Shown: positions 50,963 to 63,216, numbered from the stretch's first letter. The stretch: 64,000 nt of DNA from Sphaerodactylus townsendi (GCF_021028975.2 NC_059426.1:78678001-78742000); one strand, 5' to 3'. Notes: generated by a model from the letters alone, not told the origin. Numbers and translations: made by a program.

Positions 50963-51522
50963 CAGATCGAGGGAAGTAATTGTATCACTCTACTCTGTAT
51001 TGGTCAGACCTCACCTGGAGTACTGTGTTCAGTTCTGGGCACTGGAATTTAAGAAGGATATTGACAAGCTGGAATATGTCCAGAGGAGGGCAACCAAAAT
51101 GGTAAAAGGTCTAGAATCCATGCCCTATGAACAGAGACTTAGGGAGCTGGGGATGATTAGTTTGGAGAAGCGAAGGTTAAGGGGGGACATGATAGCTATG
51201 TTTAAATATTTGAAGGGATGTCATGTCGAAGAGGGAGTAAACTTGTTTTCTCCTCAGAGACAAGTACATGGAGCAATGGATTCAAGGTGCAGGAAAAGAG
51301 ATTCCACCCAAACATTAGGAAGAACTTTCTGACTGTCAGGGCTGTTTGACAGTGGAATTCACTGCCCCGGAGAGTAGTAGAGTCTTCTTCTTTGGAGGTT
51401 TTTAAAGAGAGGCTGGATGATCATATGTCGTGAGTGCTTTGATTGTGTGTTCCTGCATGGTAGGGGGTTGGACTTGATAGCCCTTGTGGTGTCTTCCAAC
51501 TCTGTGATTCTATGAATGATTC
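50963..51522 (+). mobile_element. CR1 LINE 3' fragment
   Basis: [41 protein letters not shown] plus the CR1 3' end gggttggact...ttccaactctgtgattctatg. Confidence 0.92.
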
Positions 51523-51934
51523 TGTTGACACTGTATTTCTTAAAAGAAAGAAAATCAGAGTTATACAACAATGATTTTTTTCATGGTGATGCAACCGACT
51601 TTTGTTTATGTAGGAGTAAATTATGGTGCTTTAAGATCAAACAGGGATTTTTATCTATGGGAGGTTTTTCTTAATGGGGTTGGATCTGTGTCATGTTCCC
51701 TTATAGTATTCTTTATAAAATGGGTGGATCAGAACTGAGCCAAATAAGGTTCAAAGTGTTGCACAAAGGAAACTTTTTTTCAAAAACTGTTTAATTTTTT
51801 GTAAATATTTTCTTTATATATATATATACAGTCATTTTTTTCTCAGTCTGCTCCTTTGATGCAAATTTTCCTATAATTACTGGGTTATTTCCCTGGTATA
51901 ATGATATCCTCTGCCAATTAGGAATCACCTAGCC

Positions 51935-52012
51935 CATAGGTGTCAAACTCGTGGCCCTCCAGATGTTATGGACTACAGTTCCCATAATGGGAACCAGCAG
52001 TCCCTACAACAT
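51935..52012. mobile_element. Partial hAT MITE of the same palindromic group
   Basis: cataggtgtcaaactcgtggccctccagatgttatggactacagttccca, preceded by accTAgcc. Confidence 0.65.
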
Positions 52013-53249
52013 CTAATACAAACTATGAAATGGACTACCTGTTTCGAGGCCTCAATCAAATGGGGCTATGTGATGTCGTTATAGAAGGCAAGCAAAGCCA
52101 GACATGAGTGTGGGCAGTATTTCCTGGCAAAAGTTAAATGGTCTGAACCATTTACGGATCATGCAAAAAAATAGGATGATATAATTCTATGCAGCCAATC
52201 CAGTTCCAACTATATGGCCATATCACTCAAGGCAAACAAGTCAATGCAGACTGAAGGCAGTATTTTCTGAATATTCATATCAATCTCTTCCCTCCTTCCA
52301 AAAATGCAAAATGGTGGATATTATTCAATACTATAGACAATGTTTGAAAAAGTCACCACTTTTTGGTTTCGCTCTGGATTTGATCCATATATCTACAACC
52401 TTCTGCCACTGAAGACAGAATAGTGGTATTCCATTTGTATGTCATAGAAGCCTACCAACTGTGCATATCAGGAGTACAGAGGTCCCCCAATGTACCTGAT
52501 ATGTATCTGTCCCATAATGTGTGAGTTAAGCATTGCATGGATTTTCCATGTGGGAGCAGCTTTCATTCACACTATCCAAAAATCCTGGGAAAACAGGGTT
52601 CTGATTCATATAAAAAAAAGCTGTACCCACAAAGAAAATTTATGCATTGACCAGTTCACGCATTACAGGATCATAAGCATGGGGTGAATTGCAGGAACCT
52701 GCATGTTTCCAACATGTGCAACTGATGGGCTCCTGCAAGACATAAATGAAGTGCAGCTGCAGTGTTTGCAGATGGCTAATATTTTTTACAATTCTGCAGG
52801 TGCATTGCATTTTTGAATTATCTAAATAAATATTATTATAGGAGAAGGAATCTTAAGTGAATCAGATCATAGTTCCTGCTTGATATACTCCATTAAGGTA
52901 AAACACACATACACATTCCTTTTTCTCCATCTCTATTAAAATGGTAAGTATGGTGAATTTCAAGTGGTTTGATTAAATTATTCTGTCAAATCTGGAAGCA
53001 GGCGTAGTCCTTTTTAAAAAGCCTTGTCACTGGGAACTAGAATCCTGATTAGAACAATCACAGAGGGCATTTTAGGTGTTTCATGAAGAACCAAAGACCC
53101 ACAATCAATATTTACATGTTTATCTATACAATATACATGTAATATACTATACATATACTATACATGTAATCTATACAATATAGTTGCCAGTTTACTGGCA
53201 TATGGTGGGGTGCAAGACCACAGAGAGTGGGCATGCTTTGCCCATGTAG

Positions 53250-53460
53250 TTGTGAAGGTGTTTGACTAGCAGCTGGGAGACCCAGGTTCTAGCATCCACT
53301 CTACCATGTAGCTTGCTGGGTAACCTCCATCTATTCAATCTCTTTCTCTCTCAGCATAACCTACCTCACAGGATTGTAAGGAAAGTAAAATGGATATTGG
53401 GAGAATCATATAAACTGTTTTGAGCTCTTTGGAGGTAGGAACAAAAATGTAGTTAGATAG
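53250..53460 (+). mobile_element. Old CORE/tRNA SINE
   Basis: ctgggagacccaggttc...gcttgctgggtaacct...ctctctcagcataacctacctcacaggattg. Confidence 0.7.
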
Positions 53461-54049
53461 AGGCTGTGAAGGCAAGTAAACCAAATGATTTGAGTGTGCA
53501 TGTGTGTCATTGATTTCCAGAAAATGACTGTTGAGAAGCACAGTCTGTCTCTTCTCTCCTGCTGAGTGTTTCAATCAGTTGAAGCTTATTCCCATGTCTC
53601 AGCTCATGAAATGTACTTGGAAATCACGAGTTTGGCAACAAAACAAATGCATGGTTCTTTTCATTCACTTCCTAGCTTCATGAGTCTTTCAGGGCCAAAC
53701 TAAATGTGATGTATAACTATGTTTCTGCTCTCCTGATCTTTTAAAAACAACAAGCAATCCAGAAAAGCTGAAGTAGGAAAATGGCAGGGGAGCGGGTGCT
53801 CATCCTCTCCTTTGTGGCTAACCCCCCCCCCCCCCAGCTTTTTTTCCAGTTGGGAAAAATACTTTGGGGGAAGGCAAACAGGAGATGATTATGTGCGGGG
53901 AAACTGCCAGATGGGAAAGGATAGAGCTACTTCCCACTGTTGTTCTATCTTTCTGCAGCTGATCTTGGTTTAAAAGGAAAAAGTTGGAGGAAAAATGCAT
54001 GTTTGTATGTGTAACATCCTTTGTCATCACAACTATGATCACATACAAA

Positions 54050-54185
54050 TAGTGATGGGATTCAGCCTAGTCACACCACTTCAGGGGAACCGGTAGCTAA
54101 TTTTTTATCTAGTTCACAGAACTGGTTGTAATCTCACCAGAGTCCTTTTGGAACTGGTTGTTAAATTATTTGAATCCCACCACTG
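54050..54185. mobile_element. hAT MITE (CAGTGGTGGGATTCA-type TIRs)
   Basis: tagtgatgggattca and tgaatcccaccactg; internal gaac(c/t)ggt repeats; degenerate TSD catacaaa/cattcaac. Confidence 0.7.
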
Positions 54186-54227
54186 CATTCAACCATCATG
54201 TTAGAAGCATATTAGTTATTTTCAACA

Positions 54228-56029
54228 GTAGAAAAGAGCAAGAGACATAAGAACATAAGAACATAAGAACATAAGAACAAGCCAGCTGGATCAGACCAAA
54301 GTCCATCTAGTCCAGCTCTCTGCTACTCGCAGTGGCCCACCAGGTGCCTTGGGGAGCTCACATGTAGGATGTGAACGCAATGGCCTTCTGCAGCTATTGC
54401 TCCCGATTACCTGGTCTGTTGAGGCATTTGCAATCTCAGATCAAGGAGGATCAAGATTGGTAGCCATAGATCGACTTCTCCTCCATAAATCTGTCCAAGC
54501 CCCTTTTAAAGCTATCCAGGTTAGTGGCCATCACCACCTCCTGTGGCAGCATATTCCAAACACCAATCACATGTTGCGTGAAGAAGTGTTTCCTTTTATT
54601 AGTTCTAATTCTTCCCCCCAGCATTTTCAATGGATGCCCCCTGGTTCTAGTATCGTGAGAAAGAGAGAACAATTTCTCTCTGTCAACATTTTCTACCCAT
54701 GCATAATTTTGTAGACTTCAATCACATATCCCCCCTCAGCCGCCTCCTCTCCAAACTAAAGGAGTCCCAAACGCTGCAGCCTCTCCGCATAGGGAAGGTG
54801 CTCCAGTCCCTCAATCATCCGCTTGTTTGCCCTTCTCTGCACTTTTCTATCTCCTTAATATCAGCTTTTTTGGCGAGATCTTGGCTGACCAGAACTGGAC
54901 ACAGTTACTCCAAGTCGCGGTCGCACCCACTTTTAGGCTTTTATATAAAGGGCATGACAATCTTTGCAGTTTTATTATCAATTCCTTTTCTAATGAATGA
55001 TCCCCAGCACATAGAGTTTGCCTTTTACAGCTGCCATGTATTGGAGTTGACATTCCCATGGAGCTATCAACTAAAAGACACACTACAGAAATCCCTTTCC
55101 TGGTCTGTGACTGATAGCACTGACCCTGTAGCGATGTTAATGTGCCAAAGTTTGGATTTTTTGCCCTATATGTTGCATCACTTTACATTTTGCTACATTG
55201 AACTGCATTTTGCAGGCATTTTCTGTAGCCCACTCACCTAATTTATCCAAGGTCCGTACAATGTGGATAACTCTTACTTAATCCTTAAGTGGTTCTCCAC
55301 CACCCACATAATTTGGTATCATCTGCAAAACTTGGCCCACCCAGCCTACCCACCCCTCACTTCCAGGTCAAATTTTATGAATATTAGGTTAAAAGAGCAC
55401 TGAGGGTCCCCAATCACCGGATCCTTGCGGGGACACCACTCCCAACATCTATCTCCATTGTGAGAACTTCCCATTTACACTCACTCTTTGTTTCCTGTTT
55501 CTCCAACCAGTTTTTTAATCCCATAGGAGGGACTTCCCTCTTATTCCTTCATTGCTGAGTTTTCTCAACTTAGTCTCTGGTGAGGAGACTTTGTCAAAAA
55601 GCCTTTTGGAAATCCAAGGTAGACAATGTCCACGGTTCACCCCTGTCCACATGCCTGTTTACACCCTCAAAGAACTCTAGTAAGTTTGTAAGACAGGATT
55701 TGCCTCTGCAAAAGCCATGCTGACTCTTTCTCAGCAGGTCTTGCTTTTCTACATGTTTTATAATTTTATCTTTAATGATAGATTCTACTAATTTACCAGG
55801 AACAGATGTCAAACTGACTGGCCTGTAATTTCCCGGGTCCCCCCTAGATCCTTTCTTAAAGATTGGTGTGACATTGGCCATCTTCCAGTCTTCAGGGATG
55901 GAGCCTGATTTCAGCAGGATCTTCAAGACAAACAGAATTTCTGGCAGAATTTCTTCAGAAGAAGTGCGCTGTGGCTTAGGAAAGCTCATACCTTGCTATT
56001 GGTGCTACTGGACTCTTGCTGTTTTCTAC
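54228..56029. mobile_element. Palindromic Penelope-derived element split by the CR1
   Basis: Left arm gtagaaaagagcaagag (54228-54244) is the reverse complement of ctcttgctgttttctac (56013-56029). The right part has a decayed hammerhead cAgaaga-a-gtgcgc-tgtg-gcttag-gaaa-gc-tc-atac. Confidence 0.65.
54245..55912 (-). mobile_element. 5'-truncated CR1 LINE, same family as 24114-25666
   Basis: (acataaga)n tail at 54245-54279; minus ORF SGSIPEDWKMANVTPIFKKGSRGDPGNYRPVSLTSVPGK...; the middle part is full of small indels. Confidence 0.95.
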
Positions 56030-57030
56030 AACTACAAACAGACTAACACAGCTACCTATCATGTAGTTATTTTTCAAACAGCCTTCTTGCATTTTCAGTT
56101 CCCTTTGGAGTTTGGCTAGAGGATCTCAGGTATGCAGTTCTCCTTCCATTTAAATATCTCTTTCCTCATCTCAGAGCCACAATATGAGGGTTTATATATA
56201 TATACCAAAAAGACTTTCTCTTTTTAAAACAAGATAGCCAAATACAGCTGCAAAGGTAGATTAATATCTGTCAGTAAAAGACACTGTCAATTGTGAAAAG
56301 GCCACAAGTACCTTACCTCCACTCTTGATAAAGTTAATGTAAGTACAGCTGCACTTGAAAACAGGTCTGCTGCATGTCTGGATTTGGTTCTCCTCATGGG
56401 TTTTTTTGGTTTCTTTTAATTTGTACCCCACCCACAGGACTAATATGAAGTTGACTGAAATATTTTTGTCCACAGGCTTCCTTGTCTTTCTGTTCCCATT
56501 GTGAACCAAAATGCCCCTGCAAATGCTGCACATGGTGGTTGGGGGATCCCCAGGAATAGCTTGGGAGGTTGGTCATGGGAAGGCCAAACTGGAAAAAATC
56601 AACCCTGCCTCAGCCATAGAAACACACACAGCCATAGACACACATAATCTGTGCATAGCTCTTCTTGATGTTGTAAACAAATTCCTGAACTATACCACTT
56701 CAGACTGCAGGTGGAATTCTCTTGATTGCATATGCCTCTATACAAAACCATGCACAGCATGCAGAAAGCTAGCCTTGACTTTTTTTTGTAATGTGTGCAA
56801 GAACTGAAGAGTATGGAAGAAGTGGTATACAGGTGCATTCAATCATGTGGGCTGTAGTTTGAAGTGGGGCAACCAAGACACACAGCTGTTATTTCAGTGA
56901 GAAATATGTCTGATTGAGACCAATCTTGTTTGCATGGATGCTTCTGTTGTGCAATATAAGGAAAATTAAACAGGTTTTGATGTCTCTGGGCTTCTGTTTC
57001 TTTCCCACCCACCCCCTCTTTTCTTGACAG

Positions 57031-57105
57031 TTTTTTATCATGCTGTTAATTATATTCGTGCTGGAGCTCACCGTTGTGATTCTCTTCTTTGTGTACACGG
57101 ACAAG
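57031..57105 (+). CDS. TSPAN4: Tetraspanin-4 next coding exon (TM3)
   Basis: Acceptor ccctcttttcttgacAG and donor GTATGT at 57106; 75 nt, phase 0-0. Translates FFIMLLIIFVLELTVVILFFVYTDK, which continues directly from ...KCLLLS and has the conserved TM3 Glu and the TSPAN4-type YTDK end. Confidence 0.92.
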
Positions 57106-59009
57106 GTATGTCAAAAGATTTTTCCCCCTCTTCTCTCCCCTTCAGCAAATTTGTATGCAACTTTCCTTATACATAAATCATGAAGCCTTTGGCTTGACAT
57201 GGATATCATGTTTTCTTAAGGCATTCCCTTTCAGGAACAGTGTACTTGGAATACACAAACAGTGTCTGTGATATGGGTTCTTTGCACCCCTCTCTCTCTC
57301 CAGCTCACTTGCAATTCAAGGTCAAGTTTATGAGCAACACAATGACTATTCAAATACAAAGAACTCTAATCAGGGAAAGCTGATGAGAAATCAGGCTCTT
57401 AAAAGCTGATATTTGTCAGCAAATATGAAATTCTGAAATGGACACTCTTTGGCATGGAATGCTTACCTCGGGGCTCTTAGCTGTGCAGTGGGGCTGTAGT
57501 GTAATCTCCTTGCATTTTTCTGTTTACATGCATTTACTGCCTGCCCTCCAGCTTGCTTGCTGAACTCTCAAGGCATTTGCTTTTCCTAGTTCTCTTAACT
57601 CTGCCAACTATTTCTAAAAGGCACAGAACTTATCCTACCCAGTAGTTGCAAGTAGAGCACTTTGTTACAACCCTTTAAATTGCAGTCATATCAATATACC
57701 TGTAATTGCAATTATATCAGTATTTTAGCCCTTTTCCAACCCCCCCCCCCCAAAAAAAAAAAGGAAAGAGGCAAAGCAATTCCCTGGACCACACTCTGCT
57801 CAAGAAGGGCACCATTTCCTAGAACAAATATCTCCCTTCTACACACACATTTGCTGGTTTTCAAATGCAATAAAAGACAGTGATTTTGCACTGATTCTAT
57901 GTTTATGTTGATATATTGATGTACCAATATAATAAATAACAAAAATTGAGGTAATAAATCTGAAAAAGGGAAAGGGGAGAGGTATGCATAGGAGTATGAG
58001 GGAGTGGGAGGGGCTGGTGGTGGGCGGAGGGAAGATGCCTGGGCCCTAGGGCAAAGCTGTGTTCACTGGAAAATTTCCCCTGCTCTGGCAGCAACTGCAC
58101 AAACACAGGTGTCTTGTAGCCAGATAGGACACACTTTGGTGCCAGATTCTGATTCCAGTTATTGGACAAGTTCAAACTTGAGTTCAAAATAAAGGATTAC
58201 TTCTGTTCCAATTCTGGAAAGAAGGATGTGGACAAGGTGAGTGGACTACTATGTTAATCAGATGGGCCAAAGTGGGTGGGAGGTCCCTGGTCCTGATAAG
58301 ATTTTCAAAAAAGAAAAAGAGTGGGCTTATTTGAATGCAATTTTTGGCTACCAGATCAGTCCAAATTAGATCATTTTGTGCGGAGAACATTTTAGTGAGA
58401 ACTGCTCATATGAATTGAAGCCTTCTTATGGCAAAGTACTACTATAGCAGGATTCTTTTGTAGCTAAGTGTTATCAGTAATTACTGAGAAGCTTTGATTG
58501 ATGGTCCGATAGCAAAGAACAATACAAGGCTTGAGTTCTGTCTGGAGCTGCTGTTCTTATCATCACTAATTGTGATGATTAGGGACAGATCTATTAAGTC
58601 TGCACTATATGGTGGAAATGGCCAGAAGCCATGTTATTCAGCCCAGAGTGCCATGCCATGCCAAGGAGCTGGTACCATCCTCAATAGGGAAGGGGCACAT
58701 GAATCAAAGTAGAGGCACCTTAGCAGCAACACTTGGTATTTACTGCTTCTTCAAACTGGGCATCATGACTTGCTTCATCTTTCTACAGAATATGCTATAA
58801 CATGAAACCAGCACTAACATGAAGCTATATTACTGCTTTGCATTTTATAGAGAATGCCAAAAGACAATGTCTCAACAGAATGACCTGTACAGTCTGCTTC
58901 TCCCTGCCCCCTCTATTTGTTAATATTTGAAATGTTGAACCTAATTAAGAGTTCTGGTGAGAGTATGAAAACTCTCACAATGTTTTGTATCAGTTTGGTT
59001 GCACCATTT

Positions 59010-59710
59010 TTTAATTTGTGCCCTCCTTTTTTTGCTAGATCAAAGCATCTGACCAGTAATAATCAAAATATAATGGATAAAAACAAAATAACTTAAAACT
59101 CTCAAATATGCTTGTTGTTCATAGCCCGTCCAAAGCCCTGGCAAACAAACAAGGCTTGTAGCACTTCCTGAAAGAGGGGGCTCACCACACCTTCAGGGAG
59201 CCCATTCCACAGAGCGGGAGCCATGAGGGAAAAGGCCTAGGGGGCCGCTGAATGTATGGGCACACAAAGTAGAAGTTGGTACATGGGACCGTATGAGAGA
59301 TTGTCCTTCAGATATGCAGTCCTCAGGCTGTGAAAGGCTTTAAAGGTCATAAACCACGCTTTAAACTGACTTCGGAAACAAACGAGCAGCCAGACAGATT
59401 CCATTGGCTGGCCCCTGAAGATAATTGGGTTGTAGCTTTGTAAACCAGCCACAGTTTCTGAGAAATTTGATGCTTCCAAGAAGTTGAAGAAGCATGAATC
59501 AGGGTTGCTAGATCAGCTGAGTGTAAGAAAGGAGGCAAAGCTGGTAAGTTAGGTACAACTGAAAAAAGGCACTCCTGGCTCTCATGCCAAACTGCTTTTC
59601 AAACAGGAAGGCTTGGGTCCATGAGCACCCCATGCTTTTTAACCTGCTCTGCAAAAGTCAACTGCTTTTTATCTAGGACAGGTGGATTCATCTAGGACAG
59701 GTGATCCAAT
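59010..59710 (-). mobile_element. Old L2 3' fragment (divergent family)
   Basis: Minus-strand translations PFLHSADLATLIHA and WLLVCFRSQFKAWFMTFKAFHSLRTAYLKDNL; terminal remnant near 59020-59060. Confidence 0.8.
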
Positions 59711-60299
59711 CAAATAAAAGGTATTATATAGCGGTTATTCTTGGTTTTAGATGTGCCAGAGAAGAGCACTTAGATGACATTAAGAGGGATTATTGTAACA
59801 ATACTGATGAACAAGGAGCCAGTTTTTCAGTGGATTTTGTCACGTTGTTCTTGTTATGTTATAACATGTTGGTATGGATTTCCAAGGGTCCCCAAATCGC
59901 AGAGTTGTGCACGTTCACTGCCATGAGACTTAAATAGTTTTCCCCTTTGTGGTCACTACAGACACTGGGGACTCTCTTTAATTCTTGACTTTTGCTCCTC
60001 TGTGTCCCATGAAATTCAACAGAAGATCATTGGAGAGAAAACATCTGGGATGAAGACTGAAAAAACCCCATTTAGGGTGGAGTTTGATGATCCCACTCAC
60101 TCCTCATCAACAACTCTTTCTCTCATTTTTACCACTTGGGGATACTGTGCCCTCCTCTCTTGCTTCATAGTGACTGGGAAATCATGGAGGCTATTTGTGT
60201 GGGGCAATTGTTACTAGCTACCTTGAGCTTTTGGGGGTGGATGGAGTGCAGATGTTTAAACTAAATATAATCTATTCCTCTTCTCTTGTAGTGAGTGGA

Positions 60300-60505
60300 G
60301 ATCCAGTGTGGTTTAATGGTTAGTGTGTTGGACTGAGCCAGAGAGGAAGGAGTTCAAGCCCCCATTCTTCTATAAAACTCAGTCCCACACTCTGAGTATA
60401 CATCTTACCTCCCAGTGTTGTTGTGAGGATTGGGGGGGGGGGGCAACTGTATATGCTATTGTGACCCTCTTGTCAGAAGGAAGGCATAAATGTTAAACAA
60501 ATAAT
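60300..60505 (+). mobile_element. Old tRNA/CORE SINE
   Basis: cagtgtggtttaatggttagtgtgttggact...gagttcaagcccc...ttacctcccagtgttgttgtgaggat. Confidence 0.65.
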
Positions 60506-61769
60506 TTATTATTTTCTATTACCTCTGCCCTGAGGTTCTTTCGAGCTTCAGAAGCTACCCATGAGGAAGCTTAGGCTGAATTATTTGACTTATCCAGAGT
60601 TTCATATGAATACAGAAGCTGCCTTATACTGAATCAGACCATCAGTCTATCTAGGACTTCTAGACCAATATTGTTTGGTCAGATAGGCAGTGGCTCTCTG
60701 GGATATTTGCCTATTACCTGATCTCTTTAACTAGAAACGAGGGAATTGAACTTGGGACCTTCTGCATGCCAAGTGGATGCTGTACCACTGAGGTTCAGCT
60801 TCTCCTAGATCTGAACCCAGCATATTTGAAAGTCCAAGATTTTTATTTTATTTTATTTGTACTTAATACAAATAGTGAAAACTCAAAGCTTGTTCCAGAA
60901 GGACTTAAGAAGCAGATTGCCTCCCAGATAAAAATCCAGAGTTGTCATGCAAGAGGATTTGCATTGCGAATGATAATTTTAAATCACTCATATGCTGCAA
61001 TGGTTTAGGAATTAGTTGTAACCTCTTCAAGCAAAAGGCTTATGCATAATAGAAGTTAGATTAATGAAAGGCTGTGCACAGTGTGCAACATTATTTCAAA
61101 AAAAGAAGGAAAGAAAGCATTGGCAGGGCTAAGAAATGAATCAATATAAAGAACTTTACCATGGGAATCATTTACAGGAGACTAAAACATGAGTGGTATC
61201 CATCCTTCCCCTTCTCCCTGCCCATAATCTCTGAGAAGGCAATGACATTTTTAGAAAGTCTTGGCTAAGAAGGTGTTGCAAGCATCAGGGAGATTCCATT
61301 TGGGGAAACTAATGAAAATCTTTACTTATGGGCTACACAGAAAAATGGAACAGATTTAAAAAGGAAAACACACTTTTATAACAGCATTATGATGTCATGA
61401 AACTTCATAGTTAACTTTGTTCTGCATTGTGACTTGGTCAGTGAAACCTCACCACAAGCATCAAATGTGTGAGAGAGAAATGACAGGGAGATAAATCTTG
61501 CCATTTCTTGAAGTTCTTCTGATTGTTTAGTCAATCACTGCTGAAAGTAAGGTTGCCAATAGCCTGGAGAAAAAAACACTTTAAAGAGTCTTATTGGGTG
61601 CTACCTCCATGCCATGAAAGCTTCAACTGCCCATTTCCATGCATTAAGCTTCTAGTGAAAGGACATAATATTTATTTGTCTTGGTTGTTGGCAACCTAGG
61701 TTTGTGCTGAATGTCAACATTCAGTATCTGCTTTTGCTTAATGCTTTCCGTTCGGTCTTTTCTTTTCAA

Positions 61770-62318
61770 CAGACCTACACTGGTCTGAGCTAGAAAAAGC
61801 ACTGGAGAGGACAACTAAGATTATTAAAGAGTGGGAACATGTTTGCTATGCAGAAAGACTGAAGAGTCTGGGACTTTTCAGTTTAGAAAAGAGAACACCA
61901 AACGAGGACATGATAGAAGTTTATAAAATTATACATGGGTAGAGAACTTTTTCTCCATAAATATTAGAACTTAGGTCATCCAGTGAAATTGGTGGGCAGT
62001 AGTTTCAGGATGGGACAAAAGAAAATACTTCTTGACACAGTGAATGATTAAAATGTGGGACTCACTGCCAGAAGATGTACTAATATCCATAGACAGCTTT
62101 TGAAGGAAGTTAGAGAGATTCATGGAAGATAGATCTATCAGTGGCTACTAGCCATGGTGGCTAAAGAGAACCACCACATTCAGAGGCAGTAAACCTCTGA
62201 ACATTAGGCAAAGGCCTCCATTTGTATGCCCTGTGTTTGACTCCTTTGTGAGGTAGAATGCTGGACTAGATGAACGTCTAGTCTGATCCAGCCAAGGTTT
62301 TTCTTCTGTTCTTCTTAT
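61770..62318 (+). mobile_element. Old CR1 3' fragment
   Basis: gaggacaactaagattattaaag...ggacatgatagaagtttataaaattatacatgg...ctggactagatg...tctgatccagc plus a ttcttctg tail. Confidence 0.85.
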
Positions 62319-62716
62319 ATCTGTCTCCTCCCTCTTGTGTTGGTCACCCTTCCTCTGCTACTGAAGTAAAAAAGAACATCATACCATTGAATTTACTGTC
62401 CAACAGCTCTTCCTCCTCAGAGTCAAACAAGGGTTTTAAAATGGAAACAAATGTCACATGGGTCCACAATTCATATCAAGGTCATGGAGAGGGAATTTGA
62501 CACTTCTCCCCTGGTCATACCTTTGCTGAATGAAACTGACCATACTTCATTTATAGCTCAGCTTCTTACAGAAACTCAAGACAGACCATTTCTCCCATCT
62601 GTTCTCTTTCAGGACTAATAACAGTCAAGATGGGGTAGAAACTGCAGGTGAAACTGCAGGTCTTACCTGTGTTCATTGCCTTGCCAGGATATCCTGGGGC
62701 TTTCAAGTGGAAGTAA

Positions 62717-63003
62717 AGAGCCAGTGTTGTGTAGTGGTTAAGAGCAAGTGGACTGTAATCTGGAGAACCAGGTTTGATTCCCCACTCTTCCATATGAGCG
62801 GCAGAGTCTTATCTGGTGAACCAGATTTGCTTCCATACTCCTACATTCTAGCTGGATGACCTTGGGCTAGTCACAGTTCTTTCAGAACTCTCTCAGGTCC
62901 ACCTACACCAGGTGTCTGTTGTGGGGAGAGGAAGAGAAAGGAGTTTGTAAGCCCCTTTCAGTCTCTTTACAGGAGAGATATAAATCCAAACCCTCCTTCT
63001 TCA
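62717..63003 (+). mobile_element. tRNA-derived CORE SINE (Squam3-like)
   Basis: A box gtgtagtggttaag, B box ggtttgattcccc, CORE gatgaccttgggctagtcacag, tail atataaatccaaaccctccttctt. Confidence 0.85.
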
Positions 63004-63166
63004 CCTGAACTAGACCTATGCTGATTTACATATCTATTCTGGGTGGTGAACAATCACTGTAATGTGATGTTTACTTATTTATTATGGTGATAATGTTTTC
63101 TCACCTCTACTTTGTGTTTATGTCAATGGAATCTAGTGGTGTCAATTGGTGAAATTAGTTCCTCAT

Positions 63167-63167
<1 letters not shown>

Positions 63168-63214
<47 letters not shown>
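63168..63214. repeat. (GA)n microsatellite
   Basis: About 23 GA units, flanked by a 22-bp inverted repeat. Confidence 0.95.

Positions 63215-63216
<2 letters not shown>

Noticed and set aside
61740-61830. Strong-looking splice acceptor (tcttttcttttcaacAG) as the next TSPAN4 exon
   Set aside because: The downstream sequence is a decayed CR1 fragment and does not encode the expected EC2 start (IDxYAQxDLKKGL-like).
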